Below, one piece after another: positions 40,456 through 54,157 of a DNA stretch of 64,000 nt; position 1 is the first letter of the stretch; each line of letters opens with the position of its first letter. Under the pieces are notes generated by a model that saw only the letters and a list, made by a program, of their open reading frames with translations, was not told where the DNA came from and ran no database searches. Source of the stretch: Narcine bancroftii (taxonomy: Eukaryota); assembly GCF_036971445.1 (NCBI RefSeq), contig NC_091472.1, forward strand, positions 90,520,001 through 90,584,000, in the 5' to 3' direction. The position numbers were made by a program, and so were the translations under genes.

Positions 40456-43400
40456 GATGAGAGGGATAGTTTAGAGGAGGTATATGATGCAACTTTTTAC
40501 CAGAGTTGTAGGTACCTGAAATGGGCTGCCAGGGGTAGTGGTGGAAACAGACAACACAGGAATGTTTGAGCCATTGGGGATGCTCTCTTTGCTGTGGTTC
40601 ATTGGGCTGATTCTGGGGATGGTGAGTTTACAAACGAAGGAAAGATGGAGTAGGTTAGGCAATATTCTTCCGAGGTTAGAAGAATATAATAAGGTCTCGC
40701 AAAGCTTCCAGTATTTTTACAGAGCTCAACAGGCTGGAAGCAGGGGGAATGTTTCCCACCTCCCAAGGACTCTAGAACCTCATAATACACAGTCACAGAA
40801 TCAGGGCAAGGCCATTTAGATCTAAGATGAGGAAGATTTTCTTCAATGAGAGGGTGGTGAACCTTTGAATTTGACCACCCTGGAAGGCTGTGGAGATTAG
40901 TCATCGAGTTGATTCAAAACAGAGACTGAAAGATTTCTGTATATGAGGAGACTCAAAGAACATGGAGGAGAATGGCCTTAAGGTAGAAGGTCAGCCATGC
41001 TCCTGATGAATGGCAGAGCAGGCTTGAAGGCCAACTGCTGCACCTGGTCATTTGCTCCAATATACCTTAGCAACGGATGACATTGAGCAGATAGTCAGCA
41101 GCCAGATGATTTCCACACCATTTCAGCAAGGCCTATGCACTACTGGTGTCCTCCCATGCTCACACATCGACAAGACTTCACTACAAAGACTACAGCACCA
41201 TTTCCATCACCAGGGCCTTGTTTCATACTCAATCCTTGCCTTAGACTTTTAAGCTCCATCTCCTACCTCAACATTCTCTTGGATGTTAGGTCCAGTATCT
41301 TAAGTGCTTTGGCTTCTATCATCTCATCTACAGCCTGCACATTAAGCCATCAGCAACACATGATGAGAAGTTTGGAGGGACTGTGTGGGCCAGGTAGCAC
41401 CCATGGGTAGAAATGGTCAGTCAGTGTTTCAAGTCAGGACTCTTTATTGAGTCACAGTCATATAGTGTTGAAACAGGCCCTTTGGCCTAACTTGCACATG
41501 CTGACCAAAATATCTCACCCACCTGACAGGGTTTGGCACATATCCATAAACCTGTCCAATCTATATATCTGTCCAATCTTAAAGAGCCCCGACCGAAAAT
41601 GTTAACTGATCATTTCTGCCCATGGAAGTTGCCTGACCTGCTGAGCTCCTCAAGCATCTAATTGTTTATTGCTCCAAGTTTCTCGAAGAACTGAAGAACA
41701 CAGCAGGCAAAGCTGTTAATTAACTGGAGTAACAGTTAACTTAAGAAGGCATATTTTTTTCATAAGCAAGATCTCAAAAGAAATCCGAAATAAAAACAGA
41801 AAATTCTGGAACAACTCAGTGGGTCGGAGAATGTTTGCACTGAAAATTTCAGGTCAATGACCTTTCAATAGAGAAACTACCTCACAGTACATAGATCGTG
41901 GAACAGTACAGCACAGGAACAGTCCCTTCAGTTCACAATGTCTGTGCCCAACATGAAGATAAACTAAATCACTGCTGCACGCACATGATACATATCCCTC
42001 TATTCCCTGCAAGTGTCTATTCAAGTCTACATTTCATATAACTTTTAAAATTGTTGCTCCCTTATAACTAAAGGTTTATCATTATAATTTATAGAGACTG
42101 AAAGGTGATTAAAAAAAGGCTGAGAACCATGGTGAATAATGCAAACCTCTGGGACCAGAAGATGAGTGCAATACTCTCACATTTTCTGCTACCTCTCATT
42201 CTCAGCTACTCAATCTTGAAGTTTAAGGTATAGCAAAGATAAGCAGATCCAGAGGACACTGTCTTGTCTGCAAATACATAAAAATGGATATTTCTGGGAT
42301 GGTAGTTCTGCTTGTACAGATTATGCTTGCTTCATGCTGCCTCATGCCTTTCACCAACATATGCAGAGACAAGCTGTCAAAATCATCCCCAGCTCAACAA
42401 CTGAATAGGAACAACGCACTGACATATGAGGCAAGAGAACCAGTGAAAAATGTCCTGACAGTTCCAGACTGACAGAGGAATATAGTACACTTTTTAGTTT
42501 GGTTCTATTGTCCTCTAATATAAAGGTAGGAAACTGGTGAAAAATTGCCATTGAGCAACAGGAAAGATGCTTACTTAAATGCAGCTTCGTTAAGTCACGA
42601 GCAAAAAGGTTTCTTTGGGTGCTCCAGATTCCCCCCACCCCCACATCTTAAACGTGCGTAGGTTAGTCAGTTAATTGTCCACTGTAAATTGTCTCGAGTG
42701 GTAGAATCTGGAGGGAGTTGATAGGAATATAGGGAGAATAAAATAGGATTGGTGGAAGAGAATGTTTGAAGATCCACTTGGACCAATGAACTAAAGGATT
42801 TGTTTCTGCTCCGTACGACTACATCACACTATGATTCCATGGGATATTTTTTAACAGAAAGTTTTCTATGGATAAAGTTGCATGGATCCAGTTGAATGAA
42901 TAGTTTGCTATGAATACTGGACCATAGATGTCATTGGCTTTTTAGCACCTCTCATAAATGGCCATTCCTCAGTTCCAAGCTAGGTAGTGAGTCTCGCCAG
43001 ATAATTAAATTGATGCACTCAGTTGATTTTGACACTGCTTTATCCAAGACCTTAATCTATAGAGTTGCTCCAGGAGCTACAAATGATTATTAAGCAAAAG
43101 AACACAATGGCAACTATCTTTCCTTTGCTTGCAATTATAGAGATTATTGGATTCAGCATAAGCTCCAAGCTGGTTCTTATCCATATGTTTAGCACACTTA
43201 CCAAAGGTGAATACTGACACACTGGGAAATATCTCTGGAGCAGGAAAAGATGTTCAGTGCCAACTACTCACCTTGGGACCAAATTAATCAATCTTTATTC
43301 ATTCGAAAGCCATAAAGGTGGCCTGATTCCATTTATACAGATTATTTCTTCAGTAATTTTGCCTGCATCTAGTAAATCCTTGTTTCATTGAATTTTCTTT

Positions 43401-43749
43401 CTTATTGTTAGTCTTTAATTTCTGCCTTGTGTGTTTAATTTGGGACTGCCTTGGGACAATTTCAATCACGGCAGTTCACTGCCTTTCATTTTCCACATCC
43501 AATAAGCTCAGATTCTTCAGACCTTCCTCCTTGCTGAGATATCTGATAATGCCAGTAACTCTCTAGGAGGTTGAGTGGAACAGATGTGCTACTGCTGATG
43601 TTTCCAGGCCAACGAAACCTAGTTTTAGGGATTGTCTTTTTCATGCAGCGTTTGTCTGCTAGTTATTTCATGGCTGTAAAGCAGGGGTGGGTATGGAGAA
43701 AACTCCCAAGGCTGGGAATGTCTGTAGTCCTGTCCTGGGTTGAATTGTC

Positions 43750-44240
43750 ATAGAGTCATACAGCATGGAAACAGGTTATTCAGCCCAACATGCCCACACT
43801 GACCAAAATGTCCCACCTACACTAGTCCCACCTGCCCATGTTTGGCTAATATTCCATGAAACATATCCTATCCATGTATCAGTCCATTTTTTTCTTAAAC
43901 ATTGTAATAGTACCTGCCTCAACCTCCTCCTTTAGAAGCCTGTTCCATACACTCACCCCACTCTGTGTCAAAAAAAGTGACCCTTCAGGTTCCTGTTAAA
44001 CCTTTCCCCCACCTCACCTTAAACCTATGTCCTCTGGTTATCAATTCCCCTACTCTGGGCAAAAGACTGACCATTTACCCAATCTATTCTTCCCATGATT
44101 TTGTACACCTTTATGAGATCACCCCTCATCTTCCTGCACTCCAAGTCTGCTCAATCTATCCCAAAAGCTCAGGTCTCCAAGTTCTGGCAATATCCTTGTA
44201 AATCTTCTCTGCACCTCTCCAGGTTGGCACACCTTTCCTA
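43750..44240 (-). mobile_element. CR1 LINE 3' fragment
   Basis: CATAGAGTCATACAGCATGGAAACAGG tail; minus strand reads FFDTEW.SVWNRL and RMRGDLIKVYKIM. Confidence 0.7.
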
Positions 44241-45213
44241 TAGTAATCGCTGGAGGTGTTTTCATCTCCAGAGTTATACCTTCCAGCCATTGGGGTAAAG
44301 TAGAATCTATGGGTCAGGACTCTGAATCTCCTAATTTACTTTTAAATTGATGCTCTCAGTCAGTGGTGATTGACAAGAATCAAGTGGCCCTGACTGTTCT
44401 GCCTATGTAAGCTGAAGTTCAGTTTGCAGTTTCATGCTGACTTCTTGCTGACTGAAGGTGGTAGATGCTGATTGGAGATATATCTCACAAATTTCAACAT
44501 GCCACAGTCTCAGGGAGTTTACTGATGGTCTTCACCCAAGCTGAGAGGACCATCGGCTTCTTCTTCAGTCAAGCATGGATGGAGCTGTGGAGGTGAGTGT
44601 GTGCTATCCTCCTTGGATTCAGGGATAGAATTACAACTTCCCCAGCCTCTCTGTGAAGTTGGTCCTCTGTGGGACTCACTCCCTGCAATCATAGTAATTA
44701 AGCCTCCTCGTCCACACCAGGTATCTAGGAGGCTTGAGTAAAACACGGAAATCTGTGAACACCTTGATTGAATAAAAACACAATGATGGAGATATTCAGC
44801 AGATCAAAGAGGATACTTTATGTACTAAAGATGATACCACTACTATAACTATTGTTTCAGGCTTGAGCCCTTCATCAAGGAATCTGAGAGGCTTGGATAT
44901 TCCTTTCTTTCTGACACAGTCTGTGGTCAACACATTTCTTGATTATATTAATATAATATTGAGTGCTCATCCTCCACTCTTCATTAAGTATGAAAGTATA
45001 TTATAATCAAGAAATAACCTCTGTCAGACATTCTGTGGAATGATTGGCACAAGTGGAATATATCCAATGCAGAAATGATGCCATCATAAAATAATCATGT
45101 CCAAACATCTCGCTAATCATTAAGACTTGTCCAAGATACTCTAGAAGTCCAAGGATACTGACTAAAGCTGTATTTGCTCCTATGGGTACTTTGCAGACCA
45201 GCATAGTGCCTCC

Positions 45214-45593
45214 TGTGCCTCTCTAAGTTAAATAAGAAAGACAATGAGGTCGAGTGCAATACACAAAAGTGCTGCAATGCGACAGATAATATTTGTATTG
45301 TATATAGATATGTTTTTGGGAGATAAATTGGAGCAGGTTTTTTTTAACGTAGATCATGCACAAACACTTCAAAACAGATCTGTTAAAACCAATCAAGGTG
45401 GCTCCTGGGGGCCTTTGCAAAAGCTTTGGGGTGTGCCCAAGAGATTTCAGTAATAGATTGTTGTTTTGAAAAGCAACAGCTGAAAGAGATTGGAGGAGGA
45501 GTTCTGAGCCTCAGGCTGTCTGGAAGTGCAGTTTGCTGTTCTAAGAGGATCATGTGGTTTTGCAAGCAGAGAGGGTCAAACAAGCTTTTCTCT

Positions 45594-45627
<34 letters not shown>

Positions 45628-46309
45628 TCAGTTCTGCAGTTTTGCAGTCAGCAGCAGCAGCTGGGACTGGAACAGGACAAGCTGGAAAACTTGTGTAAAA
45701 ATCCCATTTGGAAGATGGGTTGTGAGTGCTTAGTTCAGCCTGGTCAAGGCCCTTGTGGTCCATACAAGAGGAGAGGACTGGCTATCTAATGTTTCACTTG
45801 AAATAAGAGAAACAAGAAGGAACTCTGTGGTAACCTGAAAGAAAGAGGTTATCATCTGGAAAAACCTGATGGGGCAAGACACTGACATGGCTGATTAAAA
45901 AGGATCAGTTTGTGTCCAGGAACAACAAATATCTCTCTGAAAATCAACAAGAACCTTCCTTGAGCAGTAACCTTTCAAGCACCAAAGTCTGGTGAGCTTT
46001 ATAAATGTTAAATTCTGTGCACAGTATAACAATTGTCTGCAATCAGTGAACTTGGTGGAGTGAGAAGTGAGATTGGACTGTGAATCAAAGAAATTTTATG
46101 AACTTACACACGCACACATTCATTACATACATGTACGCTTAGAATTAGAAGGTGATTTAGTTAGGTTAGTTAAGTTAATAGTGATAAGTTAAAGTGTGAT
46201 TCTGTTTTCATGTTTAAAGATAATTAAAAGCAACATTTTGTTTAAGTAACCATTTGTCTTAATGAATGTCTATTACTGCTGGGTTTTGAGGTCCTCCGGG
46301 CTCATAACA
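45214..46309 (+). mobile_element. Solo LTR (~1.1 kb) related to 39420-40455, with an internal (GA)n
   Basis: Ends ...CTCATAACA; ATTAAA signal near 46222; homologous to the inverted copy; (GA)n at ~45595-45622. Left boundary approximate. Confidence 0.7.
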
Positions 46310-46627
46310 AGAGAAACTCAGGTGGTGGTGCATCTACAAGAAGTAAAGGGTAACCAACGTCAGGACTGAACCTTTTTTCAAGGCATGAACAAAAAACAGG
46401 CACGCGACTGAGCTTTTTCCACTTCTACCCTCCTGCCTCTATCCACGTTTGACTTCTTACCTGTTAGCCTATGCTCCTCCTATACCTCTTCCACCCTCCT
46501 CTCCACTTCTCCGTCCCTCACCTTTTAATTCAGGTGCCTGTACGTCTTTTGTTCATACCAGGCCCAAAATGTTGGTTACTCTTTACTTCTTATGGATGCT
46601 GAGTTTCTCCAGAACTCTTGGGCAATG

Positions 46628-46706
46628 CCTCCTAAGTATTGCTCAGACTACAATAAACAATGGTCTACTCCTCCTAAGTATTGCTCAGACTACAATAAAC
46701 AATGGT
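46628..46706. repeat. Tandem duplication, 42-bp period
   Basis: CCTCCTAAGTATTGCTCAGACTACAATAAACAATGGT occurs identically at 46628-46664 and 46670-46706. Confidence 0.9.
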
Positions 46707-47345
46707 TTATTGACAGATAGTGGCAGTCCCACCTTTAATTTGTAAGGTTATCTGGCTTGTCATTACAGGTACCAGGCTTTAGATGTTTTAAAAGGGATAG
46801 GATGGGGGTAAAAGATGGAGGGGGGGGGTTGGAGGAGTAGCACTACTAATCAGGGATAGTACCACAGCTGCAGAAAGGGAGGATGTTGTGGAGGGATTGT
46901 CTACTGAGTCAGTGTGGGTGGAAGTCAGAAACATGATCACTTTATTGGGAGTAATCTATAGGCCCCCAAATAGCCCTTGGAAAACTGAGGAGTAGATAAG
47001 TGGGTAGATTTTGTAATAACAGGGTTGCTGTTATGGGAAACATCAATTGCCCAAATATTGATTGGCACCTCCTTACTGCAAGAGGGATAGGTGGGGCAGA
47101 ATTTGTCAGGTCCGTCCAAGAGGGATTCCTGACACAGTATGCAGACAAGCTGACCACATGAGTGACCATACTGGATCTAATACCGGTAATGAACTTGGTC
47201 AGATAACAGATCTCTCGAAAGGGGGGCATTTTGGTGAATGTGACCACCTTGATCTTTAGCATAGCTATGGATAAGGATAGGAGTAGACCAAATGGTAAAG
47301 GGTTAATTAGGGAAGGGCTATTTATAATGGATTAGGCAGGAATTT

Positions 47346-47592
47346 AATTTTTTTTAATATGTAGACATACAGCACAATAACAGGCCATTTCGGCCCACAA
47401 GTCCACGCCGTCCAATTAATCTACACCCTCCGTACATTTTGACCAGTGGGAGGAAACCGGAGCCACCAGGGAAAACCCATGTAGACACGGGGAGAACGTA
47501 TAAGCTCCTTACAGACAGTGCAGAATTTGAATCCTAGTCCTGATCACTGGTGCTGAAATGGCATTGCACTAAATGCTACACCAACCATGCTG
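47346..47592 (-). mobile_element. tRNA-derived V-SINE-like element
   Basis: Minus strand shows a tRNA-like head (GGATTCAAATTC), a central TGTAAGGAGCTTATACGTTCTCCCCGTGTCTACATGGGTTTTCC block and a LINE-like tail; homologous to 55752-55937 and 57107-57270. Confidence 0.75.
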
Positions 47593-47729
47593 AACAGTGG
47601 AAAATAAATTGGGAACAGACATTCTCAGGGGAAAAGCACAAAAATAATGTTTAGGGATCACTTGCATTGGGTTCTGGATAGGTTTGTCCCACCGAGACAG
47701 GGGAAAAAAAATGATAGGATAAGGAACTG

Positions 47730-50700
47730 TGTGGTGATACAAGCACCACACTGGCTGCACTCCCACCAGCCAACTGCAGGGAGAAACCATTGTACCTGCA
47801 GGTAGGCAACCTGGGAGGCTGGCCCCACATGGCCGGCTGTCAATCACTGACCTGTATAAAGACTCGAGACAGCCCCTCCCAGGTCAATCAGACACATGGA
47901 GCCAGCAGAGGACAGCAGGGCACATGTGGGCCATCAAGATATGACAAATGGTGTGTACAGAGTTTAAGTCGATTAAAACCTGTAGTACAGTCTTTTCTCA
48001 TGTTTTGTGTTTGCTTGTGTTGGCCTGTGTATGACTGAGACAGGGATGACCGAAGAGGAGGTGGAGCAACTTGTCCAAGATGCCTGCGTGTGACGGTTGC
48101 GGTCGAGGGCCACCCAGCAGAGACTGCTGGAAGAAAATACTGGAGGTAGTTCACTCTCTGGAAGCTGCACCACGTAGAAACCTTCAATGCTCAACTCCCC
48201 CAACCTCTGGCCTGGCTGACACCAATGGCTGTAATTGCTGAGGGGCCCCATGTGGAAGAGACTATCACTGCCACTGACGCAGTCTGCCACTGCAAGTACT
48301 GCGGGTCCTGGTGTGGGTCGGACAGGCGCTCCTGAAAGAGCTGACCGGCGAGGAACTTGCATTGCTCTCAATGTGGTAAGAAAGGCCACTTCGCTAAGGT
48401 GTACCTCTCTAGACCCACCGGAAGCATTGTGGCCCTCTATGATCAACCAGGAGCCCCCCCCCCCACCCCCTGGACATCGCCATATGTGAATACCGGGAGG
48501 CACCATTACTCGGCCTGTCACTTCTGCCCGCACCACTGACGTCACTTCCGGCGCAGCCACTCACCCTCACCGCTGCTGTGTACTCACCACAGGGGCCGCC
48601 ATCTTCCATTACCCGACTTCCGCCCGCACCGAAGACGTCACGTCTGCCCACACCAATGATGCCACCTCCAGCCTCACTTCCGGTTGGGTCACCCGACTGC
48701 ACCAAAGCCACATGTATCCAGTAGGTGCCGCCATCATGAGCCAACTGGCCCTAACTGCCTCAACTTGCTCAACTCACTGATGGGACGATGTGGTCAACAT
48801 GTGTGCATACACAACCTCGCACCCACCCACCCCATGTTCCAAAGGTAAACCGGTTGCCTGTAGCATGGAGAGGCCGCAGGTGGATTGGGGGCAGTCGCTG
48901 GGTTTTGTGCTGTGGATGGTAAATGGGTGGAGTGGGCCACTAAAGGCAAGGGTGAGGCTTTGGAGGTGGCACTGGAAGTCCATCCCCAGGATGACAAGGG
49001 CACAGAGCTTGGGCATGACCAGGAGCCTGAACCCTTGACATCACAACCATTAGAGAGCAGCGACTCAGATCCTGAGGACTTGAGGTGGTTCTAGTGTCCA
49101 CCACGCTAACAGAGGACATTCCACATGGACTTGGGCACTTGATGATGGACATCACTGCCAATGGGAAGGTAACAAAGCACCTGTTTAATAGGGTAGTACT
49201 GAGAGCTTTGTGCACCTGAATGTGGCCCATATGCTGAATTAAAGGTATGCCCCATGAACTTCTCTATCGCCTTCACTGTCCAGGACCACTCTATAACAGC
49301 ACTCGGGCTCTGCTCAGCAGACTTGACAGTGGGAGGGGAACATATCAAGGGTTCAGGTTCTTGGTCATGCCCAAGCTCTGTGCCCCTGTCATCCTGGGGC
49401 TGGACTTCCAGTGCCACCTCCAAAGCCTCACCCTTGCCTTCAGTGGCCCACTACACCCATTCACCATCCACAGCACAAAACCCAGCGACTGCCCCCAATC
49501 CACCTGCGGCCTCTCCACACTACAGGCAACCCTTCCTGCCCTCTTCAACTACCTTATGTCAGACTGCAAGCCCATAGCTGCCAAGAGCAGGTGCTATTGT
49601 GCGGCCGACAGGACCTTTATCAAGGAAGACATGAGACGGCTTCTGATGGAGGGAAACATAGAGCCCAGCACCAGCCCCTGGAGAGCCCAGGTCCTGATCT
49701 TAAAAGGGGGCAGGAAACAGAGGATGTTCATTAACTATAGGCAGACCATCAACCGATACACCCAGCTGGATGCCTACCCTCTGCGCTAATCGCTTACATA
49801 GTCAATGAGATAGCCCAGTATAGGGTCTTCTTCACGATTGACCTGAAGTTGGTCTACCACCAGCTCCCCATCCACACCCTGGATAAACCTTAAACCATCT
49901 TTGAGGCAGATGGTCACCCCTACCAGTTCTGCTGAGTTCCCTTTGTGGTCACAAATGGGGTCTCTGTTCCAGCAGGAGATGGGCTGCATGGAAGACCAGC
50001 GCAATCTAAGAGCAACCTTCCCATACCTGGATAATGTCACCATCTGCGGCCATGACCAGCAGGACCACAATGCCAACCTGTAGAGATTTCTCTGGATGGC
50101 TGAGGAGCTGAACCTCACTTACAACAGAGTGTTCAGCACCACCCACTTCGCCACCCTGTGGTACATCATGGAACATGGTGTCATTGGTCCTGACCCTGAA
50201 CGCATGCACCCCTTAATGGAACTACCCCTTCCTCACATGCTCAAGACCCTCCTTAAGTGCCATGGGCTTTTCTCTTACTACTCCCAGTGGGTCCCCCGCT
50301 TCTCGGAAAAGGTCTACCCACTGGGCCGCCACCACTTTTCCCCTCCACCCCCAAGGCGCAAGCGGCCTTTGCGCACATCAGACAGTACATCGCCATTCCA
50401 GGTGGAGGGCAATGCCTCTGATGTTGCCCTTGCTGGCATTCTTGACCAAGGGGGCAGACCCGTGGCCTTTTTCTTCAGGACCTTCCACGGTTCTGAGCTC
50501 AGGCACTCCGCCATTGTAAAGAAGGCCCAGGCGATTGTGGAAGCAGTCTGCCATTACTGCCACTACCTGGCAGGCAGGAGGTTTATCCTCCTCACTGACC
50601 AGCGCGCAGTGGCATTCACGTTCAGCATCACCCACAGAGGCAAGATCAAGAACTTCAAGATCTTGCACTGGAGAGTCAAGCTGGCCACGTTCAGCTACAA

Positions 50701-53405
50701 CATCCAGTACAGACCAGGGAAGTTCAACAACTCCCCTGACGCCCTGTCCCAGACCTATTCCAGTGCACAGTCCAACCAACTGCAGGCACTGCTTGACACC
50801 TTTTGCCACCCGGGCATCACGCGCCTGTATCACTTTATTAAGTCCTGGAACTTTTCTTTCACTGTCCAGGAGGTCCAGACTGTGACTGAGTCCTGCAGGG
50901 TCTGTGGGGAGTGTAAACTGCGCTTCTTCCACCCGCCACAAGTCCATATCATCAACACCACTTGGTCCTTCGAGCAACTCAACATCGACTTCAAGGGACC
51001 ACTGCCTTCCACAAACAAGAATGTCTATTTCCTCTCAGTCATAGACGAATACTCCCGTTTTCCCTTCACCATCCCTTGACCTGCTACCTCCACCGCCTCC
51101 GTTATCAGGGCACTGGCGCAGATCTTCATGTTCAGATACCCAGCATTCATCCACAGTGACCGGGCGTCCGGCTTCAGAAGTGAGGAGCTGCACCAGTACC
51201 TGACAAAACAAGGCATTGTGGCTAGACGCATGACTAGCTACAACCCCGGGACAACAGGTAGGTGAAGTGTGAAAATGGGGTGATCTGGAAGGCAGTCCTC
51301 CTGGCCCTGAGGTTGAAAGGCTGTTCGTCTCCTTCCCAACGTGGCTAACGTCTCCAGGACTAGTACTCCTCCACAAGCACGTGCAGACTTACAAGTCTGA
51401 TCCTCTGGTTGAGCAGGTGCTCCTTCTCCATTCAAATTCAAACTACGCCTATGTCAGATAGCCCAATGGACGTGAGGTCACTGTCTCAACCAGCAGGGGC
51501 CCAACCTCTCCACCATGGGTACCCTGCCCAACCTTCCCACTAAGGGCACCCTTTGCCCACCCAGGATTCCCTGGGAGCCGACTCCCACCCTCCGTCTCTC
51601 CAGAGGGCCCCACCCCTCACGGACCTGCCACACACATACATCTCCTCACTGCCAGACACCACCTTGCCCACACCACTGGCTGCCCTGGCCATCCCAGCCC
51701 CAGCTGACCCTTCAGTTCGTTTGTTTTTATGGAAAAGTAAATTATCTAGAATCACTTTGCAAAAACTGACTTAGAAATATGCTTTAGAAGGTTTGCAATT
51801 ACCAAATTTTCAGAATTATTATGAAGTAGCACAATTGAAATTTATTAACCGAATGTCAGACACTGAACAAATTCCAGTATAGGCAAAAGTTGAATTGTCA
51901 CAAATATCAGAGTAATGCTAATTATTTTATATATATATGGAGACCGAATTTTTTAAAGACTTATAACGTATCTGTACTTATACATTTATTGGAAATTTTG
52001 TATAAAAGAGATTAAATGATTGGAACTAAGGGTAAAATCACTGCTCAGACCCCTATTTATCGGAATAAGATTATTCCATTTTCTATGGTTCGTCACTATT
52101 TGAAGGATTGGGAATTGAAGGGTATCAGAATGATGGGAGATTGTTTTGAGAAGGGCGTTTTTCTTTCTTTTGCTCAACTGCAAGATAAATTTGGGATATC
52201 AGTGAATTCAATATTTGCTTTTAATCAAGTGTGAGCTTTCTTAAAAGAAAATTTTGGACAGGAATTTAAATTTCCCAATTTGACTAGGTTTGAAAAGTTG
52301 ATTATAGAAACCTTGAAAAAAGGTTTTATATCAGGAACATATGCATTATTGCAAGAAAAGATGAATAAACCTGGTGTTTTTAAAATAAACGATAAATGGG
52401 AGAAGGAATTACTACTTTTTATATCAGAGGAAGATTGGGTAAAGATATGTGAAGATGCTGTAACGAGGTTGATTAACATGAGGTATAGTTTAATTAATTA
52501 TAATTTTTTACATCAGTTATATCTGACTCAGGAAAAGTTAAAACAATATGGTTTTAGGGATTCAGATTTATGTTTTCTACATTCGGTTTGGTCTTGTGAA
52601 AAGGTGCAAAGCTTTTGGGTGAAGATGAGAGAATTTTTGGAATGTTTGTACAATATTCAGTTATTAGTTGATCCATTATTCTTTTTATTGGGAATTATGC
52701 AAATATAAAAGTGGGTTTAAAGTTGGATAAATTTCAAATTGCATTAATTCGCTTGGTTCTAGCTGTGGCTAGAAAATATATTGCGGTAACATAGAAGGAT
52801 GATGTAGAGATAAATATTCAAAGATGGCACAATGAGTTGAAATCATGCATTTATTTAGAAAAAATAACATTTAATTTACACTAAAATGTGGGAACCATAC
52901 TTAAAATATATGGGTTTGAATATATTTTAATCTTTCTTTTTATAACAAAAAGGCACTCACTTCTGTATGTTAACATATTTGTAAAAGGCTCCGTTATTAT
53001 GAAGGAGTAGGGGTAGTTTGGGTTTTTTTTTGTAGTGGGGTAGTTGGATGGGGGGAGGGGTATTTATAAATAATGAATTGTAATATGGGGTTTTTATATA
53101 TATATTTCTGTACTTTATGGAACCCACATCATTGGCCGCGCTCCCATCAGCCTACTGAAGGGGGCAACCTCTGTATGTGCAGGTAGTCAACCTGGGAGGC
53201 TGGCCCCACCTGGCCGGCTGTCAATCACCGAACTGTATATAGACTCGAGCCGGCTCCTCCCGGAGCCAGCAGAGGACAGTCGGGCACAGTGGAGCGAGTC
53301 ATTAAGATATGACAACTGGTGTGTACAGAGTTTAAGTCAATTAAAATCTGTAGTACAATCTTTTCTCGTGTTTTGTGTTTGCTTGCTGCACCACAGCGCA
53401 TCACA
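47730..53405 (+). mobile_element. Gypsy LTR retrotransposon, rearranged and decayed
   Basis: Related LTRs at 47730-~48020 and ~53115-53405; 5-bp TSD AACTG (47725-47729, 53406-53410); CSQCGKKGHFAKV knuckle, PSTSPWRAQV, YLDNVTICG, LLTDQ and IDFKGPLP. The 5' LTR end, PBS and gag start are deleted. Confidence 0.9.
51716..53112 (+). mobile_element. 5'-truncated L1 fragment inserted near the 3' end of the Gypsy element
   Basis: GLQLPNFQNYY, WEKEL, NYNFLHQLYLT, LHSVWSCEKV, LAVARK and LEKITF; G-rich 3' UTR. Confidence 0.85.
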
Positions 53406-53543
53406 AACTGTAGTTGACAAAAGAGGTCAGACACCTAGTTAAGAGAAGGAAGGAAGCATTAAGAAGGGTTACAAAGCAAAAGACAGGAAGGGCTCATAAG
53501 AATTATATGATAGTAAGGAAGGAACTTAAGAAAGGACAGGAGA

Positions 53544-54157
53544 TGTAAATGAGAAAGAATTATTTGGAATGGGGCAATGGACTAGTAAATTAGAGACTTT
53601 GTTCTGATGTAATATTTGGGAGCTGAAAGGTAGCGAAGTCCATCGGCTGCTGTTTTAGGGCTTGTTTGTGGCAATGAGTCACGTTTCGTATGATAGAGGG
53701 TGGTGGTGTTATATTCCTTAATGTCATAGAGGGAGTTCTATATTATTGTTATTAAATACATGTTTATGAATTGAGTTATATTGATTACATTGATGTTTTA
53801 TTTTACTTTAGAGAATTGATTTAACATGGAATTTAAATTGGATGATGTAAGAGATATGAGATTCTATATGATTAATTAGGAGTAATATGAGATATATTGA
53901 AATTTACAATTGATTTAAAATATAAGATTTACATATTTAGATATGTTATAAATATGTTGGCTTATGTAATCTCTTTAAAAAAATCACTCAATTTTTTCTT
54001 CTGTGCTTTCTTCCTTAGTATTTTTTTAATTTTGGGGGGTGGGGGGATAAAAACAAAATTATGTATAATTTTTTATCATTTCTATTGTAATGTATTGTTC
54101 AAGATGAAGAAACATATATTTATGTTTGATGCAAATGGTAAATAAAAATAATTTAAA
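53544..54157 (+). mobile_element. Non-coding retroposed insertion with poly(A) signal and 16-bp TSD
   Basis: TSD AAGAAAGGACAGGAGA at 53528-53543 and 54158-54173; G-run and AATAAAAATAATTTAAAA 3' end typical of L1-type insertions. Confidence 0.8.
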
